Assembly (NCBI GenBank): GCA_028290705.1
Contig: JAQGJH010000014.1
Coordinates: forward strand, 7,761-71,760
Reading direction: 5' to 3'
From: Hyphomicrobiales bacterium
GTDB lineage: Bacteria > Pseudomonadota > Alphaproteobacteria > Rhizobiales > Beijerinckiaceae
DNA: 64,000 nt
Shown: piece after piece, positions 9,044-18,901 of the stretch
How positions within the stretch are numbered: the stretch's first letter is position 1
Layout of the letters: the number at the start of each line of letters is the position of its first letter
The notes under the pieces: model-generated
Told to the model about the DNA's origin: nothing
The model's database searches: none
What the model saw: the letters and a program-made list of their open reading frames with translations, nothing else
Translations under genes and position numbers: made by a program

Positions 9044-10213
9044 ATGGAAGCCTGGCACTTCACCGAAATGCCCTATCCGAATCTTCCGCCGCTCGACTCG
9101 CTCAGCACCATGCGCGTCTCGCTGTCGAACACCCATTTCGACCCGAAGATCGGCGCGGATCTCTACAACCGCTATCTCGACGAGTACATGATCGCCGACG
9201 ACGTGGGCCTAAACCTGCTCTGCAACGAGCATCATCAGACAGCCACCTGCATCGACGTCGCGGCGCCGCTGACGGCCGCCATCCTGGCGCGCCAGACCAG
9301 CAAGGGCCGGATCTGCATCCTCGGCAACCCGATCGCCAATCGCGGCGACCCGCTGCGCATCGCAGAGGAGATGGCGATGATCGACTGCATCTCGCGCGGA
9401 CGTCTGGACGTCGGCTTCGTGCGCGGCGTGCCGTATGAAATCTTCGCCGCCAACACCAATCCGACCACGACCGTCGAACGCCTTTGGGAAGGCATCGATC
9501 TCGTGGTCAAGGCCTGGGCGCCGACCGACGAGCCGTTCAATTTCGAGGGCCGGTTCACGCAGCGCCGCGCCATCAACCTCTGGCCCCGCCCCTACCAGAC
9601 GCCGCATCCGGGCATCTGGATCACCGGGTCGAGCGATCTCGAAAACATCAAGCGCGCGGCCGGTCGCGGCTTCGTCTTCGCCACCTTCCTGCAGCCGCAT
9701 GAAAAGGTGAAGTGGATGTTCGACGGCTATCGCAGCGCCTACCGCGACACCGGCCTGCCGGGCGGCGGCGGCACGGCCTACATGCCGCTCGTCTACACGG
9801 CCGACACCGAGGCGGAGGCTGAGAAGGGCGCGCAGGAACTGACCTGGTATCTCAACGCCAAGGCGGAGCCGCAGTATCGCAATCCTCCGGGCTACGTGCC
9901 GGTCGAGTTCAACGTCAACGCGCTGAAGGGCACGTTCACGGGCCGCACCGACGCCATGCGCAAGAAGAGCATGGAGTTCCTGAAGGAAGAAGGCGTGATG
10001 GTCTACGGCACGCCCGACAGCGTCGCCAAGCAGATCAAGCGTCTGTACGACCTGGTGGGCGGCTTCGACCACCTGCTGATGATGCAGCAGGCCGGCTGGC
10101 TCGACCACAAGCGGACGGTGTCGAGCATGAGCCTCTTCGCCAAGGAGGTCTATCCGCAGATCCGCGACCTGGCCCGCACCAAGCCGCTCGAGTCGCGGGC
10201 CGCGGCCGAATGA
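9044..10213 (+). CDS. LLM-class (luciferase-like) flavin-dependent oxidoreductase/monooxygenase
   Basis: NEHH, ILARQT..GRI..LG, PLRIAEE.AM.D.ISRGRL..GF.RG, WPRPYQ.PHP, GTPDSV. Confidence 0.92.
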   Translation: MEAWHFTEMPYPNLPPLDSLSTMRVSLSNTHFDPKIGADLYNRYLDEYMIADDVGLNLLCNEHHQTATCIDVAAPLTAAILARQTSKGRICILGNPIANRGDPLRIAEEMAMIDCISRGRLDVGFVRGVPYEIFAANTNPTTTVERLWEGIDLVVKAWAPTDEPFNFEGRFTQRRAINLWPRPYQTPHPGIWITGSSDLENIKRAAGRGFVFATFLQPHEKVKWMFDGYRSAYRDTGLPGGGGTAYMPLVYTADTEAEAEKGAQELTWYLNAKAEPQYRNPPGYVPVEFNVNALKGTFTGRTDAMRKKSMEFLKEEGVMVYGTPDSVAKQIKRLYDLVGGFDHLLMMQQAGWLDHKRTVSSMSLFAKEVYPQIRDLARTKPLESRAAAE

Positions 10214-11055
10214 GCACGCGCCATTTCGTCTCGATCGACGGAGTGAGGACGCATTATCTCGAAGCGGGCGCCGTTCATCGCGGCCGGCGCCCCAGCGTTC
10301 TTCTGCTCCATTCCGCGGAATTCGGCGGCGCCGCCGAAATTTCGTGGGAGCGCAACATCGACGTGCTGGCCGAGCGCTATCACGTCGTCGCGCCCGACCA
10401 TCTGGGCTTCGGCCGCACCGACAAGATCTTCGATTTCACCGGACAGTTCGACCGGCGCATCGCCCATGTTCGCCGATTCATCGAGACGCTCTGCCTCGGT
10501 CCCGTGCATGTGATGGGAAGCTCGATGTCGGGGGGGCTCTGCCTGACGGTTGCGGCGCGCGAGACGCCCGACTGGCCGCTGGCCAGCGTGACCTGCTGTT
10601 CGGGCGGGGGCGATGCGCCCAACAACGAAGCGCGCAAGACGCTCAACACCTACGACGGCACGCGCGAGCACATGCGCGCCATCGTCAAGGTGATGTTCGT
10701 CGATCAGTCCTTTGCGGCGGACGAAACCTATCTCGACCGGCGGCAGGAGATCGCCACCCTGCCGGGCGCCTGGGAAGCCACGGCCGCCGCGCGCTTCAAG
10801 GCGCCGTTCCGCGACGGGTCGGGCGAAAAGCGCGAGCGCGACTCGATCGACTACGGCCGCATCTCCGTGCCGGTTCTGGTCATGGCCGGCCGCCACGACA
10901 CGTTGCGAGCTCCCGGCTACACGGATCTCTTCGTGCCGAAGATCCCGAAGGCCGAACTGCACGTGTTCGAAAATGCCGGCCACATGGGCAATATCGAATG
11001 CGCGGACGAGTTCAACGCGCGCGTGCTGGCCTTCCTGCAGGGCATCGACGGCTGA
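10210..11055 (+). CDS. Alpha/beta hydrolase, MhpC/BphD (C-C hydrolase)-like
   Basis: APDHLGFG.TDK, GSSMSG, I.VPVLV.AG..D, AGH..NIE; ATGA overlap with the LLM gene. Confidence 0.85.
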   Translation: MSTRHFVSIDGVRTHYLEAGAVHRGRRPSVLLLHSAEFGGAAEISWERNIDVLAERYHVVAPDHLGFGRTDKIFDFTGQFDRRIAHVRRFIETLCLGPVHVMGSSMSGGLCLTVAARETPDWPLASVTCCSGGGDAPNNEARKTLNTYDGTREHMRAIVKVMFVDQSFAADETYLDRRQEIATLPGAWEATAAARFKAPFRDGSGEKRERDSIDYGRISVPVLVMAGRHDTLRAPGYTDLFVPKIPKAELHVFENAGHMGNIECADEFNARVLAFLQGIDG

Positions 11056-11067
11056 TCCGACTCGGCG

Positions 11068-12678
11068 TCACACCCGCGTCGTCGCCACCAGTCTCCTGCA
11101 GATTTCCACGAAGCTCCCGGGCGTCTGCGATCCCGTGATCCTGGTCGCGACCGCCACGTAACGATCCGGCCGCAGAAGTACGAGGACGTCGCCCGCTGCA
11201 GCGAGCGGCACGAAGAGACCATCGAGGTCACGTCCCTCGACGACGTCTTCGTCGACGCGCGGCGCGAGATTCATCTTCTGGGGCACGACGGCAATTCGCG
11301 GCAGCGGGCCGAGCCCGATGACTTCCGCATCGACCTGCGCGACCATGGCCTGCGCCTCTGGGCCGATCGCCACGATGGCGAAGCCATGGCCCGCCGCTTC
11401 GTCGAGCCGCATGCGGCTGCGGTCGCGCCGTTCGATCCACGGCTGCGCCAGCATGCGGCCGCTGAGCGCCAGTCCAGCGTCGGCGGCGAGAAAGCCCTCG
11501 CGGTAGAACGGCTTCGGCTTGTATTTCATCTGGGCGAAATAGGCCTGCAGCGGCGGCACGAGGCTGGCGGCCCGGAAGGCGTTTTGCACGAGCGACGCCT
11601 GGCGCAGCGATTTGGGCATCATGATGCGGCCCATGTTCATCGCCAGTTCGATCAGCGCCCAGGCGTGCGGCTCGCGCTCGCGCTGGTAGCTGCGCAGCAC
11701 AGCCTCGCCCATCCGGCCTTTCACCACCTGGGCGAGTTTCCAAGCGAGGTTATGAGCGTCGCGGATGCCGCTGTTCATGCCCTGCCCGGCGAAGGGCGGC
11801 GACAGATGCGCGGCGTCGCCCGCGAGGTAAATGCGCCTGGAATTCCACTTGTCGGCCTTGCGCGCATGGAAGGTGTAGACCTGTCGGCGCACCACCGGCG
11901 AATCCGCGTCGGGTCCGGCGGCGGCGAGCAGCGTGCGCACGAATTCGGGCGTCGAGGATGCATCCTCGCTTTCGGTCTCGTGCAACATGAATTCGTACCG
12001 GCGGATGCCGCCCGGGCCCGGCAGGGTGATGTAGGGCCGCGCCGGATCGCACATGACGCGCGTCTGGCGGAACCGCTCCTTCGTTTCGGCCAGGTCGACG
12101 ATCAGCCAGCGCTGCTTGTAGGTCGAGCCTTCCAGTTTCGCGCCGATGACCTGCCGCAGCTTGCTGCGCGCGCCATCTGAACCGACCACATAGGACGCAC
12201 GGATTCGGCGCTCCCGCCCCTCGTGACGCAGCACGAGATCGACGCCCGCGTCGTCTTCCGTGACGCTTTCGCAGTCGTGCTCAAACAAGGGCGCCACGTG
12301 TGGGTAGCGCACGAGAGCCGCACGCAACGTCGCCTCGAGTTTCGGCTGCGTGAAGGCGTTGCGGCGCGGGTAGCCGTATTCGCGCGTCGTCGGCTCCACC
12401 TTGGCGAAACAGATGCCGTTGGGCGTGAAATAATTCGACCCGTAATCGAGCATGACGTCGGCGATGATCTCGTCCGCAAGATCGATGGCCTGCATGGTGC
12501 GCAGCGCCTCGTCGTCGATCGAGACGGCGCGGGGCTGCGTCACCGTCGTGGCGTTGCGCTCGATCAGCACGACCGAGACGCCCGCCTGCCCCAGCAGATG
12601 CGCGATGGTCATGCCCGTCGGCCCGGCGCCGACGATCGCGACCTCGCACGTCAACGAACCGTCCTGCGCATCCGTCAT
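11068..12678 (-). CDS. FAD-dependent aromatic hydroxylase, MhpA (3-(3-hydroxyphenyl)propionate hydroxylase)-like
   Basis: GAGPTG, PRAVSIDDEALR, GSDGARS, YTFHAR.A..W, LAGDAAH..PPFAGQGMNSGIRDA.NL.WKL, RPDRYV; start at ATG 12678. Confidence 0.9.
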   Translation of the reverse strand: MTDAQDGSLTCEVAIVGAGPTGMTIAHLLGQAGVSVVLIERNATTVTQPRAVSIDDEALRTMQAIDLADEIIADVMLDYGSNYFTPNGICFAKVEPTTREYGYPRRNAFTQPKLEATLRAALVRYPHVAPLFEHDCESVTEDDAGVDLVLRHEGRERRIRASYVVGSDGARSKLRQVIGAKLEGSTYKQRWLIVDLAETKERFRQTRVMCDPARPYITLPGPGGIRRYEFMLHETESEDASSTPEFVRTLLAAAGPDADSPVVRRQVYTFHARKADKWNSRRIYLAGDAAHLSPPFAGQGMNSGIRDAHNLAWKLAQVVKGRMGEAVLRSYQREREPHAWALIELAMNMGRIMMPKSLRQASLVQNAFRAASLVPPLQAYFAQMKYKPKPFYREGFLAADAGLALSGRMLAQPWIERRDRSRMRLDEAAGHGFAIVAIGPEAQAMVAQVDAEVIGLGPLPRIAVVPQKMNLAPRVDEDVVEGRDLDGLFVPLAAAGDVLVLLRPDRYVAVATRITGSQTPGSFVEICRRLVATTRV

Positions 12679-12688
12679 GTTCCATCCT

Positions 12689-13456
12689 TCAGGTTGCGAG
12701 AGATGCGGCGACACGTTCCGGCTCCGGGAAAGACGCGCGCAACATGGCTTCTATCATCGCGGCCGCCGAGACGAGAAGCAGCGCGAGCCTGCGTTCCTCG
12801 TCGGCGTCCAGCCAATCGGCCTCGACCACGAGGCTGAGGCTCGCGACGAGCCCGGCGGCTTCGCACACCACCGGCGCGGCCAGCCCCGCAAGGCCTGCGT
12901 CGATTTCACCACGACCGACGCAAAAACCCTGACGGCGAATTGCCGCGAGTTCCGTCTTGAGCGCCTCATCGGCCGACTTGCCCGCATGGGCCAGGAGTTT
13001 TGCCAGACGGCGCGGCGGAAGGCGCGCCAAAATGACTTTCGAGGTCGCGCCCTGCATCAGCGGCATGGGACGGCCGCGCTCATAGCTCGGGCGGAAACGT
13101 GCGTCCGGCGAGGCCCGGTCGGCGATGCACATGACACGGTCGTCGTAGAGCCGCGATAGGAGACCGACGCATGGTCGGCGCGCCTGCTCGACGACGTCGC
13201 CCAGAACCAACATCCCGGCGCGCAGCAGCGGATCGGTCAGGCGCGTCAGCCGATCGAACTCGATGAAAGCCGGGCCCAGCCGGTACGCGGCATCGACGCC
13301 GGTTTCCAGGAGCCCGGATTCGAGCAGATCGCGCACGGTGCGGTAGACGGTGCTTTGCGGGATCGCCAGGGCATCCGCCATGGCCTGCACGGTCCAACTG
13401 CCCTCGCGCTCACCGAAGAGCCGCAGCACGGCCATGTAGCGTTCGAGACCGGCCAT
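12689..13456 (-). CDS. IclR-family transcriptional regulator
   Basis: N-terminal HTH (IPQSTVYR.V..L...GLL), YRLGP, PL..GATSK..LA, EL..IRRQGF, GLAAPV. Confidence 0.9.
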   Translation of the reverse strand: MAGLERYMAVLRLFGEREGSWTVQAMADALAIPQSTVYRTVRDLLESGLLETGVDAAYRLGPAFIEFDRLTRLTDPLLRAGMLVLGDVVEQARRPCVGLLSRLYDDRVMCIADRASPDARFRPSYERGRPMPLMQGATSKVILARLPPRRLAKLLAHAGKSADEALKTELAAIRRQGFCVGRGEIDAGLAGLAAPVVCEAAGLVASLSLVVEADWLDADEERRLALLLVSAAAMIEAMLRASFPEPERVAASLAT

Positions 13457-13466
13457 CGGACGTGCC

Positions 13467-14300
13467 TCAGCTGCGCAGGATCGCCTTGCCCCACAGATTG
13501 AGCGTACGTTCGGCGTGCGGCCATTCCTTCACTTTTCGATCGTGAACGATCTCGAGTTCGGCCGAGACCTCGATCCAGTTGCCGTCCGGGTCGACGATGA
13601 AAATGAAGAGATTGTTGCCCGGTCCGTGCCGCCCCGGTCCCCACATCAGCTGGATGTCGCGGGTGGCGAAATGATCGCACCAGTCGCGGATCGAATTCCA
13701 GTCGCCGGCCTCGTAGGAATGATGGTCGACGCCCTGGCGGTCCGAGCGGAAACAGGCGAGCGAATGATGCTCGTGGTTCGAGCGCATGAAGCAGGTCGAG
13801 ACTTCGCCGGTCGGCTTGCGCACGCGATCGGAGACGCCGAAGCCGAGCTTGCCGGCGTAAAACGCCTCGATGGCGTCCGGATCGTGGGTCGCGAGCGTGA
13901 GATGCTGGGTCGGGCCGTTGATGCCGGAGCGGGTGGCGGGATCCGGCTTCGCCAGGCCGAACAGCATCCGATTGCCGTCGGGGTCGGTGACCGCAAAAGC
14001 CTGATCCATGAAGATCGAGGGTGAGTCCTGCGGCTCCAGACCCTCCTTGGCCGCGCGGTCGCGCAGGTCGGCCAGAGAGTCCTCGTCGCGGCAGGCAAAG
14101 GCGCCGTGGCCGAGCTTTTTGGACTGGCCCTTCGTGACGAGGAGACGCCGTCCGGGGCCGCGGCAGACGTAAGAATCGCCTTGTTGCTCGACGTCCATCT
14201 GCATGGTGTCGGCATAGAACTTCGCCAGGCGGGCAGGGTCGGAGCTTTCGAGCGCGACATGGTGGAGATAAGCTGCGGCGTTGAGCGTCGTGTAGGTCAT
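13467..14300 (-). CDS. VOC-superfamily extradiol (catechol 2,3-type) dioxygenase
   Basis: Two VOC repeats; QHLTL, HHSLA, DHHSYE, WGPGRHGPGNN.F....DPDGN.IE. Confidence 0.85.
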   Translation of the reverse strand: MTYTTLNAAAYLHHVALESSDPARLAKFYADTMQMDVEQQGDSYVCRGPGRRLLVTKGQSKKLGHGAFACRDEDSLADLRDRAAKEGLEPQDSPSIFMDQAFAVTDPDGNRMLFGLAKPDPATRSGINGPTQHLTLATHDPDAIEAFYAGKLGFGVSDRVRKPTGEVSTCFMRSNHEHHSLACFRSDRQGVDHHSYEAGDWNSIRDWCDHFATRDIQLMWGPGRHGPGNNLFIFIVDPDGNWIEVSAELEIVHDRKVKEWPHAERTLNLWGKAILRS

Positions 14301-14344
14301 GGACTTCCTCCCGTTCCACTGAAAATCAGAAAAACGGGAGGCTT

Positions 14345-14372
14345 TGTCAACTCATTTTCTCAGAAAATGAGA
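14345..14372 (-). promoter_or_regulatory. Putative promoter/operator of the dioxygenase-IclR-hydroxylase operon
   Basis: TTGACA on the minus strand (14345-14350), directly abutted by the perfect inverted repeat CTCATTTTCT-C-AGAAAATGAG (14351-14371); AT-rich island. Confidence 0.6.
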
Positions 14373-15332
14373 TTACTTGCCAGCCTTGAGAACCGGGTTC
14401 CAGCGCGCGACTTCCGAAGCCACGAACTTGCCGAGCCATTCGCCGCCGCGCTCGTCCTTGGTGGGCAGAACGCCGCCGAGATCCTCGAGACGCTTGCGGG
14501 TGCCAGCATCGTCGAGAGCGCTGTTGAGGGCGGCCGTGAGTTTCGCCACGACATCCTTGGGCGTGCCCTTCGGCGCGAAAACGGCGTTCCAGGCGGCCAC
14601 CTGATATTCGGGAAGCCCGGCTTCCTTGGTGGTGGGCACGTTCGGAAGAGCCGGCGAGCGCTCGACGCTGGCGATGGCCAGAGCCTTGATCGACCCGGCG
14701 TTGACCTGGCTGACGAGGTTGACGATCTGGTCGCACATGTAATCGACCTGACCGGAGACGAGATCGTTGAGGGCCGGACCCGTGCCGCCGTAGGGAACCG
14801 CCGTCGGCTTCACGCCGATCTGGCTGTTCAGCAGGATGCAGGTCATGTGCGACACCGCGCCCACGCCCGCATGGGCCTGGTTGACCTTGTCGGCATTGGC
14901 CTTGAGGTAGGCGGTGAATTCCTTCAGGTCCTTGGCCGGGAAGTCCTTCTTGGTGACGATCAGGATCGGGGTGCCGGCCGCCATGCCGATGGGCTCGAAA
15001 TCCTTCACGGGGTCGTACTTGAGGTTCGCATAGAGCGCGGGAGCCGCGCCATGCGTGCCCATGTGACCCATCATGATCGTGTAACCGTCGGGCTTTGCCT
15101 GGGACGCGCGGGTGATGCCGGTGGTGCCGCCGGCGCCAGCGACGTTCTCGACGACGATCTGCTGCCCGAGCGTCTTGGACATGTTCTCGCTGACGAGGCG
15201 GGCGACGATGTCGGTCGGACCGCCGGCGGCGAATGGCACGATCATGGTCACGGGCTTGGTCGGATAGGTCTGGGCCGCGGCGACCCCGGCAAAGGCCACG
15301 CTGGCAGCAAGCGCGACGAGAAGACGTTTCAT
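14373..15332 (-). CDS. tctC: Tripartite tricarboxylate transporter substrate-binding protein (BugD-like)
   Basis: YPTKPVTMIVPFAAGGPTD..AR, ENVAGAGG, PDGYT, VPY.GTGPA, P.VPT..EAG; downstream of tctBA. Confidence 0.92.
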   Translation of the reverse strand: MKRLLVALAASVAFAGVAAAQTYPTKPVTMIVPFAAGGPTDIVARLVSENMSKTLGQQIVVENVAGAGGTTGITRASQAKPDGYTIMMGHMGTHGAAPALYANLKYDPVKDFEPIGMAAGTPILIVTKKDFPAKDLKEFTAYLKANADKVNQAHAGVGAVSHMTCILLNSQIGVKPTAVPYGGTGPALNDLVSGQVDYMCDQIVNLVSQVNAGSIKALAIASVERSPALPNVPTTKEAGLPEYQVAAWNAVFAPKGTPKDVVAKLTAALNSALDDAGTRKRLEDLGGVLPTKDERGGEWLGKFVASEVARWNPVLKAGK

Positions 15333-15453
15333 GTTTCACTCCCTTGAGGTCGGACGTGGCGCCTGCGCCTGACGGGCTGGCATGTCCGCTGTTTATGTAT
15401 TCGCCCCGCAACAGTATAGACTGGAACCGTTACGGGGCGCGTAAGACTTTCGA

Positions 15454-16956
15454 TCACTCGACGAAGACCTCGTCGCGACCTTTTCGCACGGAGGGCAGCA
15501 GTGCGATGACCAGCATGATCACGGCGATCGCGAGAAGCACGCCGGAGACCGGACGTTCCACGAAGGTTGCAAAGCTGCCGCGCGAGAGGATCAGCGCCTG
15601 ACGGAGCTTTTCTTCCATCAGCTTGCCGAGAACGAAGCCCAGAAGCATCGGGGCAGGCTCGAAGCCGAATTTCAGCAGCGTGTATCCGACCAGGCCGAAG
15701 AAGGCCGTGAAGAGCACGTCGCTGGTGGAATTGTTCACCGAGTAGATGCCGATGCAGCAGAAAATCATGATCGCCGGGAACATCATGCGGTAAGGCACTT
15801 TGAGCAGGCGGATCCAGAGACCGATCAGCGGCAGGTTGATGACCAGCAGCATCAGGTTGCCGATCCACATGCTGGCGATCATGCCCCAGAACAGGTCCGG
15901 GTTCTTGGTCATGACCTGCGGGCCCGGGATGATGCCATGGATGGTCATGGCGCCAACCATGAGGGCCATCACGGCATTGGGCGGGATGCCGAGCGTGAGC
16001 AGCGGAATGAAGGCCGTTTGCGCGCCCGCGTTGTTGGCCGCCTCGGGCCCGGCCACGCCCTCGATCGCGCCGCGACCGAAGCGGCTTGGATCCTTGGCGA
16101 GTTTCTTTTCCAGCGTGTAGGCCGCGAACGGGCCGAGCACGGCGCCGTTGCCCGGCAGAATACCGAGGATCGCGCCCAGGAACGTGCCGCGCAGGATTGG
16201 CTTGTAGGACTGCTTGAAGTCCTCCTTGCCGGGCAGCAACCGGCCCACGGCGCGCTGGACGACGTCCCGCGTTTCCGGGTTCTCGAGGTTGCGGACGATT
16301 TCCGCGAAGCCGAAAATACCCATGGCCAGGACGGCGAAATCGATGCCATCCGACAGGTCCTGCAAGCCGAGCGTGAGTCGCTCCTGCCCGGTCTCGAGGT
16401 CGGTGCCGACCGTGGACAGGAGCAGGCCCGCCAGAATCATGCAGATGGCCTTGAGGATCGAGCCGCGCGCCAGCACGACCGCGAAGACGAGACCCATGAT
16501 CATCAGCGAGAAATATTCGGCCGGGCCGAACAGCTGCGCGAGCTTGGTGAGCGGCTGGCCCAGCGCCGCGATGAGCAGGGTGGCGACGGTGCCGGCGAAG
16601 AACGACCCGATGGCCGCGATGCCGAGCGCGACGCCCGCGCGGCCCTGCTTGGCCATCTGGTGACCGTCGAGAACGGTGACGACGGATGTCGCCTCGCCCG
16701 GAAGGTTGACCAGGATGGCGGTCGTCGAGCCGCCGTACTGCGCGCCGTAATAGATGCCCGCCAGCATGATCAGCGCGCCGGTCGGATCGAGCCCGAAGGT
16801 GATGGGCAGCAGCATCGCGATGGTGGCGATGGGTCCGACGCCCGGCAGCACGCCCACGAGCGTGCCGACCATGCAGCCGATGAAGCAGAAGAAGATATTG
16901 TTCAGGGTGAGCGCGGTGCCGAAACCGAGCGAGAGATTTCCGAGAAAGGCTTCCAT
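15454..16956 (-). CDS. tctA: Tripartite tricarboxylate transporter large membrane subunit
   Basis: GVLPG.GP, IYYGAQYGGS..AIL.N.PG, GV..PEAANNA, P.LTLGIP; start ATG 16956. Confidence 0.95.
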   Translation of the reverse strand: MEAFLGNLSLGFGTALTLNNIFFCFIGCMVGTLVGVLPGVGPIATIAMLLPITFGLDPTGALIMLAGIYYGAQYGGSTTAILVNLPGEATSVVTVLDGHQMAKQGRAGVALGIAAIGSFFAGTVATLLIAALGQPLTKLAQLFGPAEYFSLMIMGLVFAVVLARGSILKAICMILAGLLLSTVGTDLETGQERLTLGLQDLSDGIDFAVLAMGIFGFAEIVRNLENPETRDVVQRAVGRLLPGKEDFKQSYKPILRGTFLGAILGILPGNGAVLGPFAAYTLEKKLAKDPSRFGRGAIEGVAGPEAANNAGAQTAFIPLLTLGIPPNAVMALMVGAMTIHGIIPGPQVMTKNPDLFWGMIASMWIGNLMLLVINLPLIGLWIRLLKVPYRMMFPAIMIFCCIGIYSVNNSTSDVLFTAFFGLVGYTLLKFGFEPAPMLLGFVLGKLMEEKLRQALILSRGSFATFVERPVSGVLLAIAVIMLVIALLPSVRKGRDEVFVE

Positions 16957-16969
16957 GTCCGGTCTCCGC

Positions 16970-17479
16970 TCAGAAAGGCAGGATGGGTTCAAGCACCGAG
17001 CCGATGACCGGAATCGGCAGGCGCAGCATCACCTTGAATAGAAGGATGCAGATGGCCGTGAGAATCACGGCGAAGATGACTGATTCTTTCCAGCGGAATT
17101 CCTCGCTGCCAATCGAGCCGAACACCATGGCGAGGGGGCCGGCGACGACCAATCCGAGCGTCCGGATCGTCAAGGCGAAGAGAACGATGCCGCCGAAAAT
17201 GAAGAAGGCGCCGCGCAGTGACCAGCGTTCGAGCCGTGGCCCATCGACGAGAAGGGACGTTATCACAAGCCCGATGCCGCCGATTGCAACCATGACGGCA
17301 AGAGATTGCGGCAGCATGCCCGCCCCCATGGCGTTGAGCGTGCCACGACCGAGCGTTTGCGCCTGCCAGAAGGCGAAAAGACCGATGGCGATGAGAAACA
17401 GGCCGGCGGCGAAATCCTGCCCGCAGCGAATCCCGAACGAGGATGGCTTTCGGTCATTCGGCGAAGTCTGATGCGACAT
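16970..17479 (-). CDS. tctB: Tripartite tricarboxylate transporter small membrane subunit
   Basis: Several TM segments, GT...MGAG.LP, L..LPIP; immediately upstream of tctA. Confidence 0.9.
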   Translation of the reverse strand: MSHQTSPNDRKPSSFGIRCGQDFAAGLFLIAIGLFAFWQAQTLGRGTLNAMGAGMLPQSLAVMVAIGGIGLVITSLLVDGPRLERWSLRGAFFIFGGIVLFALTIRTLGLVVAGPLAMVFGSIGSEEFRWKESVIFAVILTAICILLFKVMLRLPIPVIGSVLEPILPF

Positions 17480-17702
17480 TCTTGATGCACCCTGTGTGAT
17501 CCACGCAGGAGCCGAGCCTAGTGAAAGCCTGTTGCTGCAAAGCATGGCCCGCCAGCCGACCCCAAACGTCTCGTCCCCTTGTTGACACATTAATAACCGT
17601 GTCGGAGCTGCAAAGCCATCCGTATGCCCTTCGTCGCGACTAAAGTCGGATGACGTTGCGAGCCGTTTTCATCACATGGTGAATCCTTCTGCTGAATTGC
17701 CG

Positions 17703-18653
17703 TCACGCACGGGATGCGCGCGCGGCGCGGATTTCAGCCAGATAATCCGCGAAGCCCGCATCCATGTCGAAGGCCGGGCTCCAACCCAGATGTTCGCGGG
17801 CGGCAGAAATGTCGAGATGCGCATGTTTGGACTTTGGCGCCTGGCCGGGAAGCACTTCGTAGTCGAGCCCGGGCAGCAGCCTCGCCACCGAGGCGACGAC
17901 ATCCGCGAAGGGCGTGACATAGCCGTTGCCGATGTTGAAGATGGTTCTCTCCGGCAACGGAACCGTGACCGCAAAGTCGACCGCCCGGCCCATGTCGCGG
18001 GCGTAGACGTATTCGTTGGCCATGGTCTCGGCCGACGTGATCCTGGCTTTGACGCCGTCGAGGCCGGCTTCAAGCAGCGCCTGCATCTTGGCGCCCCCCG
18101 AGGAGCCCGCCCAGAAATGCCCGAAGCCGAAGACATTGGCCGGGCGCAGCATCAGCAATTCGAACCCGTGGGCATTCGCGTAGGCCTCGAGCAGCAGTTC
18201 CTTGGCGGCCTTGAGGTTGCCGTAGCCCCTGCCCGCGCCGCGTGGAAACGTCTCGTCGATGCTCGCGCCGGTCGCACGGCGCGTGTCGTAGACGCCGAAG
18301 GTGCTGATGTGGACGAGCCGCTTCACGCCGCAGAGACGCACGCATTCCGCGACGTTCCGGGTGCCGCCCAGATTGATGTCGAACGCCAGATTGATCGATT
18401 GCTCGACGCGCCCGCCGATCAATCCGGCGGTATGCACGATGGTGTGCGCCTCGTGTTCGCGGACGGCCGCGATCAGTGCCGGCAGGTCTCGCACATCGCC
18501 GCGCACGAGCGTCGCCCTGCCGCTTCCCAGCTTGAAGTCGACGAAATCGGCACGCGGCTCCGGATCGAAGAAAACGATCTTCTCGCCCCGCGCGACGGCT
18601 TCGCGCGCGAAGGACGTGCCGATCAAACCGGCGCCGGTCACCAGGACGGTCAT
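17703..18653 (-). CDS. NAD-dependent epimerase/dehydratase (extended SDR)
   Basis: MTVLVTGAGLIG, GDVRD, HTAG, HISTFGVY, YGNLK, RPANVFG. Confidence 0.9.
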   Translation of the reverse strand: MTVLVTGAGLIGTSFAREAVARGEKIVFFDPEPRADFVDFKLGSGRATLVRGDVRDLPALIAAVREHEAHTIVHTAGLIGGRVEQSINLAFDINLGGTRNVAECVRLCGVKRLVHISTFGVYDTRRATGASIDETFPRGAGRGYGNLKAAKELLLEAYANAHGFELLMLRPANVFGFGHFWAGSSGGAKMQALLEAGLDGVKARITSAETMANEYVYARDMGRAVDFAVTVPLPERTIFNIGNGYVTPFADVVASVARLLPGLDYEVLPGQAPKSKHAHLDISAAREHLGWSPAFDMDAGFADYLAEIRAARASRA

Positions 18654-18901
18654 GCGTTTTCTCCCAAAAGTGCGAGCCGATCGTTGGCGCGGCTCTGGCG
18701 TGCATTGTGACGACGGGCGCGCGGCAGTCAACGAACGCGCCGTCTCAGACGCTCGGCCGGAATACGCCCCTCCATCGATAAGCAAGCCTCGCGCCAAATG
18801 CCCGTGACGGCGGGGCACGAGGCGCGAGCGGCATTGTTTCCCGCCGAAGATGCCGGTATCGTGGATGCAACAGGCGCTCACAACGATGGAGAACAGCACT
18901 G

